From Oscillospiraceae bacterium (GTDB lineage Bacteria > Bacillota > Clostridia > Oscillospirales > CAG-272), in assembly GCA_015065285.1 (NCBI GenBank), contig SVQP01000002.1, positions 40,209 through 104,208 on the forward strand: a stretch of 64,000 nt of DNA. The letters run 5' to 3'. Shown piece after piece: positions 1-8,373 of this stretch. Numbering within the stretch: position 1 is the stretch's first letter; each line of letters begins with the position of its first letter. Both the position numbers and the translations under genes were made by a program. The notes beneath the pieces are model-generated. The model was not told the DNA's origin. It made no database searches and was given only the letters and a program-made list of their open reading frames with translations.

Positions 1-2
1 GC

Positions 3-560
3 ATGGGCATGATCGGCTATAAGACCGACGGAGAATGGAGCTACCGCCCCACCTATTATGCATGGGGGCTGCTTTGCAACTATATTCCCAAGGGCTCGAC
101 TGTGTATCCCGTGACGGGAGATAACGGTAATCTGATTGATGCGCTTTGCGTCAAGGCGCCCGACGGCTCGTACAGCCTGATCGCAGTCAACCGCTCCGCA
201 GCCGAGCAGGTGGTCAATATTTCTACCGATATGTTTGATTGCGAGATGGATAGCTACCTGTTCGCGGAAGATAAGCTGCCGAGCGACGGCTCGCAGATCG
301 CGTCCGACGGAAAGGTCAGCCCGACCGACGGTGTGTACAGCATTACGTTGCCTGCATACAGCTTCCGCGTGCTCAACGGCAAGGTGGCAGAGCAGGAAAC
401 AACGGCAGAGCAGGAAACAACGGCAGAGCAGAGCGAGACAGCGGCACAGGATGAGACCGATGCACCCGCAGAAGGTGGTTGCAAATCGCTGGCAGCACCC
501 GTGGCAGCCTTGGCAGTCGCAGCCGCGGCAGCAGTTATCTGCAAAAAGAAAAAGGATTGA
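3..560 (+). CDS. secreted glycoside-hydrolase-like protein, C-terminal fragment (5' end outside window)
   Basis: Frame is open from the window edge to TGA 558-560. The tail ...YSITLPAYSFRVLNGK looks like the beta-sandwich end of GH30/GH39-type enzymes (family unverified). It carries AEQETT repeats and a hydrophobic C-terminus + KKKKD. A terminator follows. Confidence 0.5.
   Translation: MGMIGYKTDGEWSYRPTYYAWGLLCNYIPKGSTVYPVTGDNGNLIDALCVKAPDGSYSLIAVNRSAAEQVVNISTDMFDCEMDSYLFAEDKLPSDGSQIASDGKVSPTDGVYSITLPAYSFRVLNGKVAEQETTAEQETTAEQSETAAQDETDAPAEGGCKSLAAPVAALAVAAAAAVICKKKKD
387..440 (+). repeat. 18-bp in-frame tandem repeat (2 exact copies + 1 diverged)
   Basis: gcagagcaggaaacaacg occurs at 387-404 and 405-422, with a diverged copy at 423-440. 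It encodes AEQETT-AEQETT-AEQSET. Confidence 0.9.
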
Positions 561-568
561 TTTTCCAA

Positions 569-604
569 TAAAAAAATCCTCCGCATGAGCGGAGGATTTT
601 TTTA
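569..604. terminator. bidirectional intrinsic terminator
   Basis: Stem atcctccgc / gcggaggat with loop atga, A-run upstream and T-run downstream. It lies between convergent genes. Confidence 0.85.
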
Positions 605-615
605 TTGGATCCCGG

Positions 616-1047
616 TCAGATTCTGTAAATCTCTGCTGCCTTGGTTTCGTCAAAGCCGTTGGCGCAAAGGACTTCCTCTGCCTTGGCAGGGTCGTCCACG
701 CGCACAATCATGAGTGCTTTGCCCAAGGTCTTGCCCGCGCAGGCGTACATGTATTCGATCTCAATGTGATTGTCAGCCAGAATATTGACCACCTCTGCAG
801 CACCGCCCGGATGGTCGTTCATGACCACAGCCAGCACCTCGGTGACCTTAACGATCACACCGTCCTCGGAGAGGATCTGCTGTGCGAGCTCAACCTGATC
901 CACGATCAGGCGCAGCACGCCAAAATCAGAGGTGTCTGCCAAAGAGAGCGCGCTGATGTCCACACCACCGCGCGAGAGGTGTGTAAGGACGGGGGCAAGA
1001 TTGCCCTTGCGGTTTTCAATAAATACGGAAAGCTGCTTTACCTTCAT
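616..1047 (-). CDS. ACT domain-containing protein
   Basis: 143 aa with two ACT-like halves (MKVKQLSVFIENRKGNL..., VLAVVMNDHPGGAAEV...). It lies 15 nt downstream of paaK, a common pairing. Confidence 0.8.
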   Translation of the reverse strand: MKVKQLSVFIENRKGNLAPVLTHLSRGGVDISALSLADTSDFGVLRLIVDQVELAQQILSEDGVIVKVTEVLAVVMNDHPGGAAEVVNILADNHIEIEYMYACAGKTLGKALMIVRVDDPAKAEEVLCANGFDETKAAEIYRI

Positions 1048-1062
1048 AATTGCGCTCCTTTT

Positions 1063-2367
1063 TTAATATTTTCTGTTGTCGATCACGCGCTTTGCCTTGC
1101 CCTCGCTGCGCGCAATGGTCTTGGGGTTGACCAGATGAACCTTAGCGGAAATGCCAAGCATATCGCGCAGTCCCGAGGTAATGCGCTTTTCCACAGATTC
1201 GATCGAACGAATGTCGTCTGCAAACAGGGTCTCACTCATTTCCACGTTGACGTCAAAGGTGTCAGTGTTGTTGACGCGGTCTACCACGATCTGGTAATTG
1301 GGTGTGATGTCACCGCCGCTGACCTTGAGCAGCACCTCTTCAATCTGAGAGGGGAATACGTTGACACCGCGGATGATCAGCATATCGTCGCTTCTGCCGC
1401 TGGGCTTGCGCATACGCACGTGGGTTCTGCCGCAAGCACATTTTTCGTAGTTGAGCGAGCAGATGTCACGGGTGCGGTAGCGGATCAAGGGGAAGCCCTC
1501 CTTGGTAATGGTGGTGAACACCAGCTCACCGGGCGTGCCCTCGGGAAGCACCTCGCAGGTATCGGGGTCAATGATCTCGGGAATAAAGTGGTCCTCCCAT
1601 ACGTGCATGCCTGCCTGGCATTCGCACTCGCATGCTACACCGGGACCAAGAATTTCGGAAAGACCGTAAATATCGTAAGCCTTCAAGCCAAGCTTTTGCT
1701 CGATCTGTTGTCTCATATCCTCACTCCAGGGCTCGGCACCGAAAATACCTGCCTTGAGCTTGAGGTTTTCCTTCTGCCCCAGTCGCTCGATCTCCTCGCC
1801 AAGATACAGGGCATAGGAGGGCGTGCAGCAAAGGGCGGTGGCACCAAAGTCTACCATGGTCTGAATCTGCAGCGAGGTGTTGCCCGAGGACATGGGAATC
1901 ACGGTAGCCCCCAGTGCCTCACCGCCGCCATGCGCGCCAAGACCGCCTGTGAACAGACCGTAGCCGTAGGAGACCTGAATGATATCACTCTCGTCAAGAC
2001 CCACAGCCTCCATCATTCTTGCCACACAGTCTGCCCAGATCTCAAGGTCATTCTTGGTGTAGCCGACCACGATTCTTTTGCCGGTGGTGCCGGAGGATGC
2101 GTGCACGCGCACGATCTCGGACATGGGCGTTGCGAAAAGGCCGAAGGGGTAATAATCACGGAGGTCACTTTTATAGGAGAAGGGGAGCTTATGCAGATCC
2201 TCTACGCCGTGTACGTCGTCGGGCGTCAAGCCCAGCTCATCCATGCGGCGGCGGAAGCACTCCACCTTTTCATAGCAGCGTCTGACCTGATTGACAAGGC
2301 GCTCGTTTTGCATCGCGACGATCTGCTCGCGAGGCATACATTCGATCTGCGGGTTTCTGATTGCCAT
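1063..2367 (-). CDS. paaK: phenylacetate-CoA ligase
   Basis: 434 aa. N-terminus MPREQIVAMQNERLVNQV..., HASSGTTGK adenylation motif and PaaK-type C-terminus. An SD precedes the ATG. Confidence 0.9.
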   Translation of the reverse strand: MAIRNPQIECMPREQIVAMQNERLVNQVRRCYEKVECFRRRMDELGLTPDDVHGVEDLHKLPFSYKSDLRDYYPFGLFATPMSEIVRVHASSGTTGKRIVVGYTKNDLEIWADCVARMMEAVGLDESDIIQVSYGYGLFTGGLGAHGGGEALGATVIPMSSGNTSLQIQTMVDFGATALCCTPSYALYLGEEIERLGQKENLKLKAGIFGAEPWSEDMRQQIEQKLGLKAYDIYGLSEILGPGVACECECQAGMHVWEDHFIPEIIDPDTCEVLPEGTPGELVFTTITKEGFPLIRYRTRDICSLNYEKCACGRTHVRMRKPSGRSDDMLIIRGVNVFPSQIEEVLLKVSGGDITPNYQIVVDRVNNTDTFDVNVEMSETLFADDIRSIESVEKRITSGLRDMLGISAKVHLVNPKTIARSEGKAKRVIDNRKY

Positions 2368-2385
2368 TGTGGGAATCTCCTTGGT

Positions 2386-3069
2386 TTATGATTTCTTTTT
2401 GCGTTTGAAGTTGAGAATGATGCCCAGCGCCACCGAAAGCGCGGCTGCCATAGCCACCTGATATTCGGCGGGCAGCATAAAGGTGACGGTGTGCGCGGGA
2501 ATCCAGAAAAGCGGAACGGTTTTGAGCAGGGTAAAGGATGCGAACTTTTCCCAGTCTACCTTGTGGATGACGGTGGCAATTGAGATTTTTCTCTTGCCTG
2601 TGGCGCGAATATCGAGATAGGTATCCGAGCATTTGTGCAGTGCCATAAAGGTCGGACCAAAGGAAAGATTCATGGTGGCGCTGATAAAGAATGCCTTGAT
2701 AAAGCTGTTCAGCAGGGCATTTTGTGCGCTTGGCAGCAGTCCTTGCGCCATCAGAGCGTCCACACCTGCGCCGAAAATCTTCATCATGTAGGTGATCCAG
2801 ACGCCAATGACGCCCCAGATCAAAAATCTTGCCCACACGTAAGAGGGGAGCGCCCATTCACCCTTGGCAAGGCGCACTGCAAGCAGCTCGCCTGCAGTTG
2901 CCAGAACGGCAAACTTGACAAAGCCCATCAGGTAAGGGTGCGAGGTGGAGAGCACTTTGAATACTTCACGTGAGGCGGGAATGATCAGAATTGCCGCAAA
3001 GCCGCCAAGAGAGAGCGCGACGTAGGCAATGATCAGAATCTTTTTCCAAATGGGAGAGAGCTGCTTCAT
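2386..3069 (-). CDS. polytopic membrane protein of unknown function (weak Mpv17/PMP22-like C-terminal motif)
   Basis: The track ORF runs to 3111. I prefer ATG 3069 (MKQLSPIWKK...), which abuts the iorB stop at 3071. It has several hydrophobic helices. FWIPAHTVTFMLPAEYQV is reminiscent of Mpv17/PMP22 (tentative). Confidence 0.6.
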   Translation of the reverse strand: MKQLSPIWKKILIIAYVALSLGGFAAILIIPASREVFKVLSTSHPYLMGFVKFAVLATAGELLAVRLAKGEWALPSYVWARFLIWGVIGVWITYMMKIFGAGVDALMAQGLLPSAQNALLNSFIKAFFISATMNLSFGPTFMALHKCSDTYLDIRATGKRKISIATVIHKVDWEKFASFTLLKTVPLFWIPAHTVTFMLPAEYQVAMAAALSVALGIILNFKRKKKS

Positions 3070-3070
3070 A

Positions 3071-3652
3071 TTAAGCCCGTGCTCCATAGTGGTAGCCTGC
3101 ATCAAAGGCACGCAGGTTGGCTTCCAGGAACTTGGCGGGCACGCACTCGCGCACTGCCTGCACCCATGTTTCGTAGGGGATATCGGTGTTCTTTGCCATC
3201 ACGCCCACCAGCACCACGTTCACCGCCTTGGCGTTGCCTGCAGCCTTTGCGATGGAAAGCGCATCCAGCGCGGTCAGGTCAACAGAGGCGCCAATGGTCT
3301 CGAGAATTGCCTCGGGGTATTCTGCTGCGCCCGTAATGACAGGCATGGGGTTGATCTTTTGTGTGTTGGCAATCATCTTGCCACCGATTCTGAGGTAGGG
3401 AAGCGCACGCAGCGCCTCCAACTGCTCAAATGCGAGAATGATGTCTGCCTCGCCCTTGTCAATGATGGGGGAGTAGACCTTTTGACCGTATTTGACGTAG
3501 GTGACAACGCTGCCGCCACGCTGCGACATACCGTGCACCTCGGAAACCTTGACGTCAAAGTTGCAGGAGAGAATGGCGTTACCCAGAATGCGGCTGGCAA
3601 GCAAAGTGCCCTGACCGCCCACGCCAACGATCATAATCTTTACGTTTTCCAT
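3071..3652 (-). CDS. iorB: indolepyruvate:ferredoxin oxidoreductase subunit beta
   Basis: 193 aa with MIVGVGGQGTLLASRILG N-terminus typical of the IorB/2-oxoacid oxidoreductase gamma-like family. It lies 2 nt after iorA. Confidence 0.85.
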   Translation of the reverse strand: MENVKIMIVGVGGQGTLLASRILGNAILSCNFDVKVSEVHGMSQRGGSVVTYVKYGQKVYSPIIDKGEADIILAFEQLEALRALPYLRIGGKMIANTQKINPMPVITGAAEYPEAILETIGASVDLTALDALSIAKAAGNAKAVNVVLVGVMAKNTDIPYETWVQAVRECVPAKFLEANLRAFDAGYHYGARA

Positions 3653-3654
3653 GA

Positions 3655-5400
3655 TCAGTTGCCCTCCTTCTTTTCAATGGCATCAAAGGGGCAAACGCCC
3701 AGACAAAGTCCGCAGCCGTTGCACTGCGTGGGGTCGATCTTGACCGAACCATCCTTGCCAACCGAGATGGCAGGGCAGCCAAGCTTCATGCAAAGCTTGC
3801 ATCTCTTACACTTGTCGCCAATCTCGCAATGCCCCGTGTACTTGACGTACTTGAGCAGTGCGCAAGGACGCTGCGCAATAATGACAGAGGGCTCGTCTGC
3901 CGCGATCTCCTCGCGCACAGCCGCCTCAAAGCCGCGCAGATCAAAGGGGTCTGCCACGCGCACGCGGTCCACGCCAACGGCATGGCACAGCGCGATCAGA
4001 TCCACCGCACGGGTATCCTCACCGCGAATGGTCTTGCCCATGGCGGGATTCTGCTGGTGACCGGTCATGCCGGTGATCGAGTTATCCAGAATGATCACCG
4101 TGTTTGCGCCCTTGTTGTATACGATGTCGATCAAGCCGGTGATACCGGAGTGAATAAAGGTCGAGTCACCGATCACGCTGACCAGCTTTTTGTTGAACTG
4201 CTCACCTCTGACCTTAGCCATGCCGAATGCGGCACTGACAGAGGCACCCATGCAAATGGTGGTGTCCACCGAGGCAAGGGGAGCAACCGCGCCCAGCGTG
4301 TAGCAGCCAATGTCACCCGAAACAGTCAAGCCCAACTTTTTGAGCACGTAGAAGGTGCCTCTGTGAGGGCAGCCTGCGCACATCACGGGCGGACGGTTGG
4401 GAATGGCACCCACCGGTGCTACGTATTCGGGATTGGGTGCGCCAAGCACAGCGGTGCGGATCATAGCGGGGGTGTATTCGCCAAGCAGGGTAAAGAACTC
4501 CTTGCCCTTGACAGTGATGCCAAGGTTGTTGCAGTGCTCCTCGATAAAGGGATCCAGCTCTTCAATCACCCAAAGGGTATCCACCGAAGCGGCAAAATCG
4601 CGGATCTTCTGCTCGGGCAGGGGGTAAACCATGCCAAGCTTTAAGTAGTTGACCGAATTGCCCAGTGCTTCGTGCGCGTACAGGTGTGTGGTGCCGGATA
4701 CGATCACACCAATGCGAGATCCGTTGTCCTCAATCTCATTGAGCGGTGAGGTCTCGGCATATGCTACCAGATCACGGTGACGCTTTTCCACAACCACGTG
4801 CTTGCCGATGGCGTTGGCAGGCATCATCACGTATTTGGCAATATTCTTTTCGTAGGGCTTGATCGGGGTTTCTTGGCGATCGCTGAGCTCTACGGGGTTC
4901 TGCGAGTGGGAAATACGGGTGGAAAGGCGGAGCATGAAGGGGGTGTCAAACTGCTCCGAAAGCTCGAATGCGAGCTTGGTGAAATTCAGGCACTCGGAGG
5001 AATCCGAGGGCTCCAGCATGGGCAGCTTTGCCGCCTTTGCATAGTGACGGGAATCCTGCTCGTTTTGCGAGGAGTGCATGCCGGGGTCATCTGCCACGGC
5101 AATGACAAGACCCGCGTTCACACCCGTGTAGGATGCGGTGAAAAAGGGGTCAGCCATGACGTTCAAGCCCACGTGCTTGCAGCAGGTCATGGCGCGACCG
5201 CCGCCAATGGCGGCACCGATGGCAACCTCTGCAGCCACCTTTTCGTTAGGTGCCCACTCAACGTTGACCTCGGGGTATTGAACAATGCTTTCGGTGATCT
5301 CGGTGCTGGGAGTACCGGGGTAAGAGGATACCACGCGCACGCCTGCCTCGTATGCACCGCGGGCAACGGCTGCGTTACCCAGCATAAGCTTTTTGGACAT
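3655..5400 (-). CDS. iorA: indolepyruvate:ferredoxin oxidoreductase subunit alpha
   Basis: 581 aa with a TPP-binding region (GDSTFIHSG) and two C-terminal 4Fe-4S motifs (CxxCxxCxxxCP). Confidence 0.9.
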   Translation of the reverse strand: MSKKLMLGNAAVARGAYEAGVRVVSSYPGTPSTEITESIVQYPEVNVEWAPNEKVAAEVAIGAAIGGGRAMTCCKHVGLNVMADPFFTASYTGVNAGLVIAVADDPGMHSSQNEQDSRHYAKAAKLPMLEPSDSSECLNFTKLAFELSEQFDTPFMLRLSTRISHSQNPVELSDRQETPIKPYEKNIAKYVMMPANAIGKHVVVEKRHRDLVAYAETSPLNEIEDNGSRIGVIVSGTTHLYAHEALGNSVNYLKLGMVYPLPEQKIRDFAASVDTLWVIEELDPFIEEHCNNLGITVKGKEFFTLLGEYTPAMIRTAVLGAPNPEYVAPVGAIPNRPPVMCAGCPHRGTFYVLKKLGLTVSGDIGCYTLGAVAPLASVDTTICMGASVSAAFGMAKVRGEQFNKKLVSVIGDSTFIHSGITGLIDIVYNKGANTVIILDNSITGMTGHQQNPAMGKTIRGEDTRAVDLIALCHAVGVDRVRVADPFDLRGFEAAVREEIAADEPSVIIAQRPCALLKYVKYTGHCEIGDKCKRCKLCMKLGCPAISVGKDGSVKIDPTQCNGCGLCLGVCPFDAIEKKEGN

Positions 5401-5417
5401 ATGTAATAATCTCCTTA

Positions 5418-7052
5418 TCAGTGCGAAATTTGCTTTTCCACAAGGCTACCGCCGCAATATTGCTCGCGGAGCTTGGGCTTTTCGATCTTGCCTGTGGGGT
5501 TACGGGGAATGGTGGCGAAAATGATCTTGCGCGGACGCTTGTAGCGCGGCAGGGAGGCACAAAAGGCTTCAATTTCCTGCTCGGTTGCGCTGTAGCCCTC
5601 CTTGCATTCAATAATGGCAGCTGCAATCTCGCCAAGTCGCTCGTGCGGCAAGCCGATGACCGCCACGTCCTTGACTGCGGCATGTGCGCGGATGTGGTTT
5701 TCGATCTGCACGGGGTAGAGGTTTTCACCGCCCGTGATAATGACATCCTTCTTGCGGTCCACAAGGTAGATGAATCCGTCGGGATCCTCCATTGCCATGT
5801 CACCGGTCAAAAGCCAGCCGTCGCGCAGCACCTCTGCGCTGGCTTCGGGGTCGTTGTAATAGCAGTTCATCACACCGGGACCCTTGACGCAAAGCTCGCC
5901 CACCTCACCGCGGGCAACCGCTCTGCCGGAGGGGTCAATGATGCGTGTCTTCCAGCCGTAGCCCGCCTTGCCGATCGCGCCCACCTTATCCACGTTTTCC
6001 ACGCCAAGGTGCACGCAGCCGGGGCCGATGGATTCGCTCAGACCGTAGTTGGTATCGTATTGATGCCCGGGGAATACCTCCATCCATCTCTTGATCAGAG
6101 AGGGCGGTACGGGTTGTGCACCAATGTGCATCAAACGCCATGCTGAGAGATCGTAGTCCTCAAGCTTTAGCTCGCCTCTCTCCAGCGCATCCAGAATGTC
6201 CTGCGCCCACGGCACTAAGAGCCAAACGATCGAGCAATGCTCGTCCGAAGCGGCTTTGAGGATCCACTCGGGGTTGACGCCCTTGAGCAGCACCGCCTTG
6301 CCACCTGCGAAAAAGCTGCCCATCCAGTGCATCTTGGCACCCGTGTGGTACAGGGGAGGGATGCAGAGGAACACATCGTCGTGCGTTTGCGCGTGGTGGT
6401 TGTGCTCGGTCAGCATGGCGTGCGTCAGCGAGCGGTGCGCGTGCAAAATCGCCTTGGGGAAGCCTGTTGTGCCGGAGGAGAAATAGATCGCGGCATCGTC
6501 GTCCTCGGTCAGCGAAATGTCGGGCTGGCGCGAGGTGCAGTATGCAATCATTTTGTCATAGCTGTCGGCAAACGCGGGGCAATCCTCGCCCACGTAAAAC
6601 AGATGGCGCACACGCGGGATCTGATCGCTGATGGATTCCAGTCTGCCGATAAATTCGGGACCGAAGATCAGCATGGAGCTGTCGGATTTGTCAAGGCAGT
6701 ACTTGATCTCATCCGCGGTATATCGGTAGTTGAGCGGAACGGCAACTGCGCCCGCCTTGAGAATGCCGAAATAAATGGGCAGCCACTCAATCGAGTTCAT
6801 CATCAGGATCGAAACCTTGTCTCCCTTGCGGCAACCGCGCGAGAGCAAAAGGTTTGCAAAGCGGTTGGCTCTCTTCCAGAATTGCTCCCAGGTAATTTCG
6901 CGGCGGAAGGGCTGACCGGGTTCAGGCTGCATCAGGGCATAATCGCGCCAGGTAATGCGGCTTTGCGGCTCAAACATGGGGTTGATCTCCACCAGCGCCA
7001 CCTCGCCTGCATACAGCTTGGCGTTGTTGTCCAGAATGTCGGTAATAATCAT
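5418..7052 (-). CDS. AMP-dependent acyl-CoA synthetase/ligase
   Basis: AMP-binding signature YFSSGTTGFPKAI. I moved the start to ATG 7052, preceded by aaggag. The longer track ORF (to 7190) runs through the promoter. Confidence 0.85.
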   Translation of the reverse strand: MIITDILDNNAKLYAGEVALVEINPMFEPQSRITWRDYALMQPEPGQPFRREITWEQFWKRANRFANLLLSRGCRKGDKVSILMMNSIEWLPIYFGILKAGAVAVPLNYRYTADEIKYCLDKSDSSMLIFGPEFIGRLESISDQIPRVRHLFYVGEDCPAFADSYDKMIAYCTSRQPDISLTEDDDAAIYFSSGTTGFPKAILHAHRSLTHAMLTEHNHHAQTHDDVFLCIPPLYHTGAKMHWMGSFFAGGKAVLLKGVNPEWILKAASDEHCSIVWLLVPWAQDILDALERGELKLEDYDLSAWRLMHIGAQPVPPSLIKRWMEVFPGHQYDTNYGLSESIGPGCVHLGVENVDKVGAIGKAGYGWKTRIIDPSGRAVARGEVGELCVKGPGVMNCYYNDPEASAEVLRDGWLLTGDMAMEDPDGFIYLVDRKKDVIITGGENLYPVQIENHIRAHAAVKDVAVIGLPHERLGEIAAAIIECKEGYSATEQEIEAFCASLPRYKRPRKIIFATIPRNPTGKIEKPKLREQYCGGSLVEKQISH

Positions 7053-7092
7053 GAAAAAACTCCTTTTCAGGGGTAATAAAAATAGATAATTC

Positions 7093-7121
7093 ATTATATC
7101 ATATATCGCGAAAAATGTCAA
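7093..7121 (-). promoter_or_regulatory. sigma-A type promoter of the acyl-CoA ligase/iorAB/paaK operon
   Basis: The minus strand reads TTGACA-17 nt-TATAAT with TG at the extended -10 position, about 40 nt upstream of ATG 7052. Confidence 0.65.
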
Positions 7122-7260
7122 TGTTTTCAAGGGATAATGACGATATAAATGCGCAATTTGCCAAATTCCGAGCAAAACAATGATTGTCAATCTCTGCCAC
7201 TAATAAAATGTCTCCACACGAGCCAAAATAAGCATGAAAAATCCTTTCGGAGGAACAGAT

Positions 7261-8352
7261 ATGAAGCTTTCAAACAATCTCAAAAGAGCGTGCGCACTGC
7301 TGTGCGTTTGCTTGATCTTAGGCACCTTGGCTGTGGGCTGTGGACAGCGGCAGGTGTACCGCGTGGCGGTGTTCGCCTATAAATTTGACGACAGCTATAT
7401 TGCCACGGTGCGTACCGCACTGGAGAAGCAGTTCAAGGAGTACCGTGACCGCATGGAGGTCACCTTTTATAACGGGGAAAACAACCAGCAAACGCAAAGC
7501 ACGCAGATCGATACCGCCATTACGCGCGGCGCGGATTTACTGATCATCAATGCCGTGGATTTCCAAAGCGCAGGACAGGCGCTGGCGCAAAAGGCGTATG
7601 CAAAGGGTCTGCCGGTCATCTTTTTCAACCGCGAGGTATCGGATGCGGCAATCAAGGTGGCGGACAACGTGTGCTTTGTGGGCACCGATCCGGATGCCCC
7701 CGGCTATATGCAGGGAGAGCTTGTGGCAGAGATGCTTGCGGATAACGAGGCGTTTTCAAAATACGATCTGAACGGTGACGGCAAGATCCAGTATGCCATG
7801 TTCCGTGCCGAGGTGGGCAATGCCGAGGCGGACGGACGCACCAAGTACGCGGTATCCGAGGCGAATCGGCTGCTCTCTGAAAATGATGAGCTGACCGTAG
7901 CCGATAAAAAGGGAGACGTGCTTGTGCGCGTAGGTGCGGATCAGCTTGCCAACTGGGATAGCGCCACTGCCAATAACATGATGGGCTCCTTGTTCCGCGT
8001 GCAGGACGGTGTGCCCAATATCGAGCTTGTGCTGTGCAACAATGACGATATGGCGCTGGGCGTGATCTCGGCACTTGAGGCAAAGGGATATAACACCAAG
8101 GGCAGCCGCGATTCGGACAAGCCTTATATTCCGGTGTTTGGCGTGGATGCGCTGTCAACCGCCATGGATGCGCTGCAAAACGGCAAGATGCAAGGAACGG
8201 TCAAGCAGGACGGTGAGGCAATGGCAGAGGCGATCGTCAAAATTGCGGCAAACGTCATGGAGAACAAGGGCTTATTAGAGGGCACGTCATACGAGTTTGA
8301 CAAGGACGTACGCAAGCTGCGTATTCCGTACACGCCCGTCACCTCCAAGTAA
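7261..8352 (+). CDS. mglB: galactose/methyl-galactoside-type ABC transporter substrate-binding lipoprotein
   Basis: ATG 7261 follows ggagg. Lipobox LAVGC. MglB-like motifs YKFDDSYIATVRTALE and NNDDMALGVISAL. Confidence 0.8.
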   Translation: MKLSNNLKRACALLCVCLILGTLAVGCGQRQVYRVAVFAYKFDDSYIATVRTALEKQFKEYRDRMEVTFYNGENNQQTQSTQIDTAITRGADLLIINAVDFQSAGQALAQKAYAKGLPVIFFNREVSDAAIKVADNVCFVGTDPDAPGYMQGELVAEMLADNEAFSKYDLNGDGKIQYAMFRAEVGNAEADGRTKYAVSEANRLLSENDELTVADKKGDVLVRVGADQLANWDSATANNMMGSLFRVQDGVPNIELVLCNNDDMALGVISALEAKGYNTKGSRDSDKPYIPVFGVDALSTAMDALQNGKMQGTVKQDGEAMAEAIVKIAANVMENKGLLEGTSYEFDKDVRKLRIPYTPVTSK

Positions 8353-8373
8353 AGCAGGAGAGCGAGGCGGAGC

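Noticed and set aside
766-2391. 541-aa ORF on the plus strand
   Set aside because: It lies antisense to paaK and the ACT gene, whose translations carry clear family motifs. Its composition is low-complexity and H/G/L/V-rich, as is typical of antisense frames in GC-rich DNA. There is no SD.
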